A stretch of 34,268 bases of DNA from Candidatus Krumholzibacteriia bacterium (GTDB lineage Bacteria > Krumholzibacteriota > Krumholzibacteriia > WVZY01). A program made the position numbers and the translations under genes. The notes under the pieces are model-generated. The model worked only from the letters and a program-made list of their open reading frames with translations, did no database searches and was not told the DNA's origin. The stretch spans positions 1 to 34,268 of the forward strand of contig JAZGDW010000125.1 of assembly GCA_036478295.1 (NCBI GenBank), given 5' to 3'. Each line of letters starts with the position of its first letter. Positions within the stretch are counted from its first letter, which is position 1. Shown here one piece after another: positions 1 to 7,557 of the stretch.

Positions 1-35
1 TTATATTTTTTATACTTTATACCCGCTCCCCGGCC

Positions 36-1841
36 ATGACCAGAACGCTCACGATCCCGCTCGGCAAACCCGTCGCAACCATGCGAAGGATGATAAAGGC
101 ATTCATGCTCGTCATCCCCATGTTCGCGGCGGTCGAAGCTTCGGCGCTGGTCAAGTTCGATTTCGAGCAGAAGTTTTTCGTCGAGTTCGGCCAGATCATC
201 AAGGACCACGGGCTGATCCGTGCGGACGGCGTTTATCACCTCTTTTACCTCCGCGGTGATCCCGCGGTCAATATCGGCCACGCCACCTCTCCGGACCTGA
301 TTCACTGGACCCAAGAAGATCCGGTGCTGTCGATTCAGCCCGGTACGTGGGACGATCAGGCCATGTGGGCTCCCCAGGTGCTGCCCACCGGGCGCGGCGA
401 TTACATCATGTACTACACCGGCGTAAACCTGGCGGCGTCGCAACAAGCCGGCATCGCGCTCTCCGCTGACCTGTACAACTGGATCAAGTTACCGTGGCCG
501 GTCTACCACCCGGATCCCTTGACCTGGGCGGAATGGAGCCTCACGGCGTTCAGCCACGGTCGTGACCCCTATGTTTTCGAGTACCAGGGATCGTTCTACA
601 TGATCAACACGGCCAAGACCTGGTTTAACAAGGGGGCGGTGGCCTTTGCGATTTCGCCCGATATGTTGAACTGGACGGATATCGGGCCGCTCTACGTTCA
701 TGACACGTGGCACGTGCTCGAATCGTTGCAGTGTGTGGAACGCAACGACAAGTTTCACATGTTTTTCACCGAGGAAACGATTGCCGGCACGTCCCACATG
801 GCGTCCGATTCGCTGTTCAATGGCTGGGATATCGGCACCCGCTCCATCATCGACTTCGGGCACGCTCCCGAGGTAACGCCTTTCGACGGGAACTATGTGT
901 TCTCGCGCCACGCAGCTCATCAATGGGGCGACGGTAGCAACCAGTTCGTGATCCGGTTCGACACGCTCATCTGGTTCGGCGACGATCCCGTCGTCTACAA
1001 ACCGTGGCCGCTCGCGGCGGATTGGAATACAACATCAGGCTTCGCTTTCATCACGCAGCCCACGTTTCTCAACAACCCCGCCGTACGAGGCGACAGCGTG
1101 GACGTCGGTTTCGAAGGCATGAGCTGGATCAGTTCTTTCGAGAATTACGGGGGGCCCCTGGGGCCGGGCAGTTCCGGTTCGTTTCTGGGCGACGGCGCGG
1201 TCGGCTCCATTCAGTCCAGGACATTTACCATCGTCGGCCATTCCATGAATCTGCTGGTCGGCGGCGGCGACTACCCTGCGGATTGCTACGTGGCGCTGGT
1301 CGACACGAACACTCAGGAAGTCCTCTTCACTGAGACGGGCAGGAACACAGACGCGATGGACCGGCGCTACTGGGACCTCACACCTTACCGCGGCCGGGAT
1401 GTCTATATAGAGATAATGGACAATTCGGTCGCGCCGTTCGGCCACATTAATGTCGACGACATCCAGGAATCCTTCGAACGCCTCGACACCGGCGGCTCCG
1501 GGGGAAAGGGAGACCGATTCACCTGGCCGATGATGCAGTTCAACACGCCGGCTGCTCGCGGCGAGGCCGAGCTGTTCCCGAACAGCCCGAACCCCTTTAA
1601 TCCTGTCACGGATGTTTCCTACTACCTGCCGGCGGCCGGGCGGGTGGCCATCGAATTCTTCGACGTACGCGGCAAGAGGGTGCGGCGGCTGGAGCCGGGC
1701 CGTGAGGGTCCGGGAATGCACACTGTGCGCTGGAACGGTACCAACGACCGTGCCGAGCCGCTTTCCTCGGGAATCTACTTCTATCGTCTCGTCGTCGACG
1801 GCCGAAATATCGCCACCCGCAAGATGATGCTCCTCAAGTGA
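36..1841 (+). CDS. Secreted GH32-like (clan GH-J) beta-propeller glycoside hydrolase with accessory beta-sandwich and C-terminal FlgD-Ig/T9SS-like sorting domain
   Basis: Signal-peptide-like N-terminus; YHLFY, GHATSPDLIHW, RDP and E (LESL) motifs; levanase-type module (LLVGGG...WDL...GHINVDDI); tail PNPFNP...FDVRG...WNG...SGIYFYRL...KMMLLK. Confidence 0.8.
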   Translation: MTRTLTIPLGKPVATMRRMIKAFMLVIPMFAAVEASALVKFDFEQKFFVEFGQIIKDHGLIRADGVYHLFYLRGDPAVNIGHATSPDLIHWTQEDPVLSIQPGTWDDQAMWAPQVLPTGRGDYIMYYTGVNLAASQQAGIALSADLYNWIKLPWPVYHPDPLTWAEWSLTAFSHGRDPYVFEYQGSFYMINTAKTWFNKGAVAFAISPDMLNWTDIGPLYVHDTWHVLESLQCVERNDKFHMFFTEETIAGTSHMASDSLFNGWDIGTRSIIDFGHAPEVTPFDGNYVFSRHAAHQWGDGSNQFVIRFDTLIWFGDDPVVYKPWPLAADWNTTSGFAFITQPTFLNNPAVRGDSVDVGFEGMSWISSFENYGGPLGPGSSGSFLGDGAVGSIQSRTFTIVGHSMNLLVGGGDYPADCYVALVDTNTQEVLFTETGRNTDAMDRRYWDLTPYRGRDVYIEIMDNSVAPFGHINVDDIQESFERLDTGGSGGKGDRFTWPMMQFNTPAARGEAELFPNSPNPFNPVTDVSYYLPAAGRVAIEFFDVRGKRVRRLEPGREGPGMHTVRWNGTNDRAEPLSSGIYFYRLVVDGRNIATRKMMLLK

Positions 1842-2667
1842 CCCGTCGCGTCCCTCTACTTTCCAAAGGCTCGAGAAGATAATAGGCGGCCGTCACCACT
1901 GCCTCGTTCAGGACCGGTATCCGACCCAGGAAAGATGCCCTGATCACCGGTGCCCGGTAGCGGAGTGCGAAGCTGGGACGGGAAAGATACAGTCTCTTCC
2001 GCAGGACGCGGAAACCCGCCGCTTGCACGTGCCTCTCGAACTTGCTCAGGGTCAGGCGAATCCGGCTGAGACGCTCGACTTCCCTGTGCGCTTCGGTGTC
2101 GCCCCGCACGAAGGAGCGAAACCATGCCCGCGGCAGGAGCTGCAAATAGGGCAGCTTGTTATACGGAATGAAGGCAAAGGTTTTTCTGGGCAGAATCTGT
2201 TGGTGTGCCCCATAGGGAGAATAGTACGGCGGGAAAACGACAAAGACGCGGCCTTCCCGGGTCAGGTGCGTGCGGACGATCTCGAGAGCCCGTTCAGGCT
2301 CGGCGAGATGCTCCATGACGTCGCGGAACATCACGAGGTCGAACGGTCCCTCACGGTAGACGTCGCCCTCCGCGTCCAGGATGTCACCCACGAACATCTT
2401 GGCATCGATTCCCTCTTTGAGATTCAAACGCTCCGCGGTCGCCACCCGTCGTTCCTCGATATCCATCATCACCACGTGGCTGCCGTGGTGCGACAAGGCG
2501 GCGCCACAACCGCCGTCTCCGCAGCCAACCTCGAGGACAGTACTCCCATCGAAGCGAACGCCCCATTCCTGCAACGTGGGTATCAGGTAGCGCGTCGCCA
2601 GTTTTGACTGGTAGTCGCGGTAATGTTCTTCCCAGCTCGTGCGGGGAATTTCATTCTTTACGGACAA
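1834..2667 (-). CDS. Class I SAM-dependent methyltransferase
   Basis: VLEVGCGDGG motif I and FDLVMFRDVMEHL; TTG start uncertain; 3' end overlaps the convergent gene by 8 bp. Confidence 0.88.
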   Translation of the reverse strand: MSVKNEIPRTSWEEHYRDYQSKLATRYLIPTLQEWGVRFDGSTVLEVGCGDGGCGAALSHHGSHVVMMDIEERRVATAERLNLKEGIDAKMFVGDILDAEGDVYREGPFDLVMFRDVMEHLAEPERALEIVRTHLTREGRVFVVFPPYYSPYGAHQQILPRKTFAFIPYNKLPYLQLLPRAWFRSFVRGDTEAHREVERLSRIRLTLSKFERHVQAAGFRVLRKRLYLSRPSFALRYRAPVIRASFLGRIPVLNEAVVTAAYYLLEPLESRGTRRVT

Positions 2668-2685
2668 CGCCGCACCTATTAGATT
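2657..2685 (+). promoter_or_regulatory. Putative sigma70 promoter giving a leaderless mRNA
   Basis: TTTACG(2657-2662)-17 bp-TAGATT(2680-2685), 6 nt before ATG 2692; no convincing SD. Confidence 0.5.
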
Positions 2686-2691
2686 GGGGTT

Positions 2692-3348
2692 ATGAAAAAT
2701 CTTCTACTGACAGCAGCCATCATATCACTATTCGTTTCGAATGCAATTGCGCAACCGCCACGGCGACCGCGGCCCCCGCGGGAAGAGGAGCGCAAGGAGA
2801 GCAACGACAGGCTCGGTGTAAGAATAGGTTTCGTGGCGACCACAAGCGATCTGGAGAATAACTTCGGCAACGGCGTGGACCTGGCCCTGCGCTGGGTACA
2901 CCATTTCAAAGACCAGTTCTCGTTGGACATCGTCCTGGGAACGTACCTGATGGGAGAGACCGGGGGCGACAAGATAATAGCGTTTCCTCCGCTGCTGGAC
3001 GAGGTCAACGCCCGGGTGTTGACTCTCACCGTCGCGCCCATGATCGACTTTGCCATGGGCCCGCGCACCGACCTGTATATCACCGGAGGCGTCGGCCTGT
3101 ATACGTTCAGCCTGCTTCTCGACTCGGGGTTCTTCCAGAACGAGACTTCGGACAACTACCTGGGCGTAAACGGCGGTGTCGGTATCCTTCGGCGCGTGAG
3201 CACCAACTGGTACCTGGATTTTAACGTCCAGATAAACAAATTCTGGACGGGCGATGACTCCCGCGACCTGTTTTTCGTCTCGGCAAAACGCGACCAGGAC
3301 CCCGTCTTCTACCACGTGACCACCGGATTCTTGCTGCAGCTCTTTTGA
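2692..3348 (+). CDS. Outer-membrane beta-barrel protein (OmpA/OmpW-like)
   Basis: Signal peptide, alternating amphipathic strands (LYITGGVGLY, LGVNGGVG), C-terminal Phe. Confidence 0.8.
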   Translation: MKNLLLTAAIISLFVSNAIAQPPRRPRPPREEERKESNDRLGVRIGFVATTSDLENNFGNGVDLALRWVHHFKDQFSLDIVLGTYLMGETGGDKIIAFPPLLDEVNARVLTLTVAPMIDFAMGPRTDLYITGGVGLYTFSLLLDSGFFQNETSDNYLGVNGGVGILRRVSTNWYLDFNVQINKFWTGDDSRDLFFVSAKRDQDPVFYHVTTGFLLQLF

Positions 3349-3445
3349 CGTCTGCCGTGCCGGGACGCCCGCCGCGCTGCCACATCCATCGTTTGGCGGC
3401 ACGCGCCGTAACACATTGCCGGCAACCCCCGGCGTCCTCGGGCGC

Positions 3446-5506
3446 TTACGGCTGCGCCCGCAGCGTGTCGCTCCTCAGCACCGACATGAGCTGTTCTAGC
3501 ATATTTTGAGCGTGCGTGTCCTGCGGCTCCAGTGCCAGATACTTTTCCAGAGCATCCGCGGCCGCTCGCACCTGCTGCTTCTGCACATGCACCATTGCCA
3601 GGTTTTTGTAGCTGTTCGCATAACCGGGGTCGATCTCTATGGCTCTCTCCAAGAACTCGATCGCCCGGTCGGGGTCGCCCGCCTCGGCCAGGGTCGCCCC
3701 AAGATTGTTATAAGCCTTGGTATAGCGTGGATTGATTTCGATAACTTTTTTGAAATACTCCACGGCCTTTTCGTACTGCTTAAGTTGGCGATAGGTGATC
3801 CCGAGGTTGTTGTGCGCTTTTATCATCTTCGGATCGATCTCCACTGCCTTGAGATACGCCTCGATGGCCGGCTCGTACATTTTCACCGCGCGCAGCGATT
3901 GCCCGAAATCGTACTGCACGGTGGGAAGATTCGGATTGATCTTCAGCGCGCTGGAATAATCGCTGATCGCCTTGAAATGGTTACCCTGGTTCTTGTATAT
4001 GATCGCCCGCTGGATGTATGAATCCGGATAATCCGAATGGATCTCCAGCGCCTTGTTGATCTCCTCTATCGCTTGCTCGTGCTTGTTCTGGCGGCTCAGC
4101 CGCCGCGCCTGGTGCGTGTGCTCCCTCCACTCGACGTCTCTCCTTGGTAGCGCAAAAAGCTCGGGGCGCGTGAATGTGACAACTATGCTAAAGATGATGA
4201 GTGGAACTACGCTGTGCTTGATGCTGAAGATCGCGCGGGGAACAATGAGGAGCAGCGCATGCGCGGAGAAAATACACAGGACCGGAGCGATTTGCACGCG
4301 GTAGCGCGACGTGATAAAAAACAGGATAATGGACAGCGAATACGTGAGAACATACGCATATAATAGAAAATATTTTTTCCAGTCGCGCAAGAGATAGATC
4401 ATCCCTATGAGTCCCAAACTGAGAATCGCCCAGAAGTTGACGAACAGGATACGCAGAAGCGAATGTCGGTCACGTCCCACTTCGTAACTCTCGATCTGCG
4501 GCATTTCGTAGCCGTTAAAAAACATCGCCGTCTTGCGGAGTAGCAGGCGCGCCTCGCGACCGGGATTGGCGCGTATGAATTCGAAGGCCTCATTGAACCA
4601 GTAGCGGGAAAACTCGGAGTCGCTGACTTCCCTGCCCAGAATCTTCTCGACGAGGGTCTTGAACCCCGCATCCTCGCCCATGTTGACTCCCTTTGGGGGA
4701 TAGAAAATACCGGTGGCCTGGTCGCTGTTGCCGATGTAGAAATTGACGCCGGCGTTCGAGGTGATGAGTACAAAATCCCGGCTAGCCAGGTAGTTGTGAA
4801 TCGTCGCCGGCATGATCGTCACGATAACCGCAGCCGCAAACGCCCCCGCCCGCGCCAGGCGCCGCCCGCGTCCCGACGCGAACGCGATCCACCCTAGAAC
4901 GACGAGGGCGAAGGCCAGGATATTTGCCCGCGCCAGCGCCGACAGCCCGAATAGAAATCCAATGAGCACATACCTCCAGATCCGGGTTTCTTTCGAGATT
5001 CCCATCAGCAGGTAGAGCACAACCATATTAATAAGCGTCCCCATCCACATCATGAGCAGTTGACCCTCGTAGAATGTCATCGCACCGTACAGCGACAGCA
5101 TGACGGCGGCGGCAAGCGCAGTCGATGGACGGAACAGCCGGCTGGCGATCAGATACGTCAACACAACGGTGATTGACCCGCCGAAAATCTGGAGGATGCG
5201 AGCGGCCATGATGCTCTTGCCGAACACGCCGAAAACCACGGCGAGAAAGTACGGGTAGAGCGGCCCCATAAAAAACGCTTCATCGCGAATGAGCCTTCCA
5301 TCGAGGATTTCTTGAGCCATTCCCTCGTAGTATTCCGAATCCATTATGGGTACGGTGACGTGCAGCGAGTCCGCGCTTTGCAACACATAAAGAAGCTTCA
5401 GAAGAAAGCTCACCGCAAGAAGCGCAAGCAGCCACCGCCGGTTTGCCGTGAGCTTGTGATCAAGGTTGTCGAGGAATGTCGAGACGCGTTCTTGCACCGG
5501 ATTCAT
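3446..5506 (-). CDS. GT-C (GT39/ArnT-like) membrane glycosyltransferase with C-terminal TPR repeats
   Basis: DSEYY, PLYPYFLA, many TM helices, NFYIGN, RYR motifs, then TPRs (AHNNLG, AYNNLG). Start placed at ATG 5506 rather than 5593. Confidence 0.85.
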   Translation of the reverse strand: MNPVQERVSTFLDNLDHKLTANRRWLLALLAVSFLLKLLYVLQSADSLHVTVPIMDSEYYEGMAQEILDGRLIRDEAFFMGPLYPYFLAVVFGVFGKSIMAARILQIFGGSITVVLTYLIASRLFRPSTALAAAVMLSLYGAMTFYEGQLLMMWMGTLINMVVLYLLMGISKETRIWRYVLIGFLFGLSALARANILAFALVVLGWIAFASGRGRRLARAGAFAAAVIVTIMPATIHNYLASRDFVLITSNAGVNFYIGNSDQATGIFYPPKGVNMGEDAGFKTLVEKILGREVSDSEFSRYWFNEAFEFIRANPGREARLLLRKTAMFFNGYEMPQIESYEVGRDRHSLLRILFVNFWAILSLGLIGMIYLLRDWKKYFLLYAYVLTYSLSIILFFITSRYRVQIAPVLCIFSAHALLLIVPRAIFSIKHSVVPLIIFSIVVTFTRPELFALPRRDVEWREHTHQARRLSRQNKHEQAIEEINKALEIHSDYPDSYIQRAIIYKNQGNHFKAISDYSSALKINPNLPTVQYDFGQSLRAVKMYEPAIEAYLKAVEIDPKMIKAHNNLGITYRQLKQYEKAVEYFKKVIEINPRYTKAYNNLGATLAEAGDPDRAIEFLERAIEIDPGYANSYKNLAMVHVQKQQVRAAADALEKYLALEPQDTHAQNMLEQLMSVLRSDTLRAQP

Positions 5507-5554
5507 AACAGAATGAAAGTAATTCAATGTAAACGCCCGCCGCAAGGAAATCTC

Positions 5555-5588
5555 TTGACGAAACACCGCGCTCAGCCTAGGCTGAGCG
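5555..5588 (+). promoter_or_regulatory. Putative pyrE promoter with a perfect 20-bp palindrome over the -10
   Basis: TTGACG(5555-5560)-17 bp-TAGGCT(5578-5583); CGCTCAGCCTAGGCTGAGCG at 5569-5588. Confidence 0.5.
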
Positions 5589-5609
5589 TACATTCCACGA
5601 GGATCAATA

Positions 5610-6152
5610 GTGTCTTACCGCGACGAGTTACTCGAAATCCTGGCCGAACATTCACTCGAGAGGGGAGACTTCACACTCTCCTCCGGTCAGAAGAGCGACT
5701 ATTACATCAACGGCAAACTGTCTACCCTCGATGCGCGGGGATCGTACCTCGTCGCCCGCGTTTTCCTGGCCATGTTGTCGGACGACGTGCCCGACGCCGT
5801 CGGCGGCTTGACCCTGGGCGCGGACCCGATCGTCGGGGCCATACTGGCGCTGGCGGGAATGGAAGATCTCCCGCTCAAAGGTTTTATCGTGCGCAAGTCA
5901 GCCAAGGAGCACGGGACGCAGTCGCTCGTTGAAGGACCCGTGGGCAAGGGTGATCGCGTGGTTATCATCGAGGATGTGGTTACCACGGGCGGCGCATCGT
6001 TGCGCGCGGTGGAAGCCGTGAGAGGAATCGGCTGTGAAGTAACGAGGGTGCTGGCGATCGTGGACCGCGAGCAGGGCGGCAGAGAGAATCTGCGTGAGGC
6101 GGGCTGCCGGCTGGAGAGTATTTTTGCCGTTTCCGAACTGCTGGACACCTGA
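5610..6152 (+). CDS. pyrE: Orotate phosphoribosyltransferase
   Basis: GDFTLSSGQKSDYYI, VRKSAKEHG, PRPP motif VVIIEDVVTTGGA; GAGG SD before GTG. Confidence 0.96.
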   Translation: MSYRDELLEILAEHSLERGDFTLSSGQKSDYYINGKLSTLDARGSYLVARVFLAMLSDDVPDAVGGLTLGADPIVGAILALAGMEDLPLKGFIVRKSAKEHGTQSLVEGPVGKGDRVVIIEDVVTTGGASLRAVEAVRGIGCEVTRVLAIVDREQGGRENLREAGCRLESIFAVSELLDT

Positions 6153-6159
6153 CGCCGGT

Positions 6160-7320
6160 TCAGTCGCCCATTTGTTCCTTGAATCTCGCCTGCAGTCTTC
6201 CCAGAGCGAGCCCGGCGGTCACCATGATGTAGACACCCAGGAACGTCGCCACGATCCGTCCCGCTACAGGTATCTTTTCCAGGCCCAGGTTGATAAACCC
6301 CCACAGACAGAACATCAACACGATGTACCCCGCCGCTGCCATGTACTCCTTCTCCATAATCCCCATCGCCTTGACAACATTCACGGGGTTAAAGGCGTCG
6401 GAGACTTTGCCGCCGGGGAACATTCCCACGACCAGGGCTGCGGGTACGTAAATCAGGGTGATCGTGAAAATCAGCACGGTCAGAAAAGGGCTCGTCTGGA
6501 GCGCCAAGAACGCGTTTGGGGCACCGCTGGCGCTGGATGAGACGAGCATTTGTCCGAAGATGATAAAAGGCAGGTACACCTCCAGGCCGACCACGGCCGC
6601 CAGCAGTACGGGCTTAAGTAGCGCCTCCCGTGGTTCGGTGAACAAACGGTGCCACAACGGGGGCGTCGGCTCGAGAAGCGCGGACGACCGCAACACCTGG
6701 ATGCCCCACAGAAAGAGGATCGCCCCGCCGAGCACGCTCATGCCAGGAACCCACCAGAGGCCGCTGAGAACGAGGGTCGGAATCACGAGGTACAGTGGCC
6801 CCCGCGCCAGCGGGTACGAGAAGATGCTGTCCATACGCGTCCAGATTGACGGGGGCCGGCTGAGATAGCGGAGCTGGCCCCACTCGTCGGGCGCCAGGTT
6901 CTTTTTTGCCTCCTGCACCGCACGCGGGTGATACGGGTGGCGGTTCAACGCATCCTGGTAATGGGTTTGCGCCGCCTCCCGGTTGCCGTGGGCAATGGCG
7001 ATTTCCGCGGCGTTGAGTGTCGTGGCCAGGAGATCAGGGTTCTGCTCCACCTGTTCGAGCACGTTCCGGTACGCTTCGGCCATTTCCTCGGGGTCTGTTT
7101 CGCTGCTCTCTCCGCCCGATTCGTCTACCGCCTCGAACAGGGGTGCCAGCTCCGTGTCGGCGGCCTTCTTCCAGTCGTTTTCTTCCGGCATGAAGATGAG
7201 GCTGTCCGGCGACAGCCGGCCCGACCGGCACAATGCCTCGAGGTCCTCCCATTCCCAGGGCTCCTCCTGAACGGCGCCTTCCTTGAACAAGAAATATTTG
7301 GTTTTCGTATCACTGGTCAT
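6160..7320 (-). CDS. Membrane protein with N-terminal GYF_2/DUF4339-like domain, one TPR-like unit and a multi-TM C-terminus
   Basis: P-W...LEALCRSGRLSPDSLIF...W...A..EL pattern; TM region YPL...; AGGAG SD before ATG 7320. Confidence 0.7.
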   Translation of the reverse strand: MTSDTKTKYFLFKEGAVQEEPWEWEDLEALCRSGRLSPDSLIFMPEENDWKKAADTELAPLFEAVDESGGESSETDPEEMAEAYRNVLEQVEQNPDLLATTLNAAEIAIAHGNREAAQTHYQDALNRHPYHPRAVQEAKKNLAPDEWGQLRYLSRPPSIWTRMDSIFSYPLARGPLYLVIPTLVLSGLWWVPGMSVLGGAILFLWGIQVLRSSALLEPTPPLWHRLFTEPREALLKPVLLAAVVGLEVYLPFIIFGQMLVSSSASGAPNAFLALQTSPFLTVLIFTITLIYVPAALVVGMFPGGKVSDAFNPVNVVKAMGIMEKEYMAAAGYIVLMFCLWGFINLGLEKIPVAGRIVATFLGVYIMVTAGLALGRLQARFKEQMGD

Positions 7321-7355
7321 TACCCTGCTCCTAATAAGTGACGTTTGGGAAGACA

Positions 7356-7371
7356 AGCGAAGGGCGTGCCA
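7356..7371 (-). promoter_or_regulatory. Putative sigma54 (-24/-12) promoter
   Basis: Minus strand TGGCACG-CCCT-TCGCT, with canonical GG/GC spacing, 36 bp upstream of ATG 7320 and downstream of a terminator. Confidence 0.6.
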
Positions 7372-7420
7372 AACGGCCCCAACCGGGCAAGAAGTGCCGG
7401 TTGTGAATGGAAACAGGAGC

Positions 7421-7458
7421 AAAAAAACAAGGACCACCCCCATAAGGGGAGGTCCTTG
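7421..7458 (-). terminator. Rho-independent terminator of the M16 peptidase operon
   Basis: Minus strand CAAGGACCTCCCC-TTATG-GGGGTGGTCCTTG followed by T7. Confidence 0.85.
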
Positions 7459-7557
7459 CATGCTATTCGGTCGGCCGCCAAACGGCGGCGCGAGCGGACT
7501 GCCGGTCCGGCAGGCTCTCGACCTCGAGACCCATCGCCTGCGAGGTACCGGGCGGCG

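Noticed and set aside
3349..3445. GC-rich inverted repeats between convergent genes as an ncRNA
   Set aside because: Short imperfect stems, best explained as a terminator-like structure; no U-tract or family features
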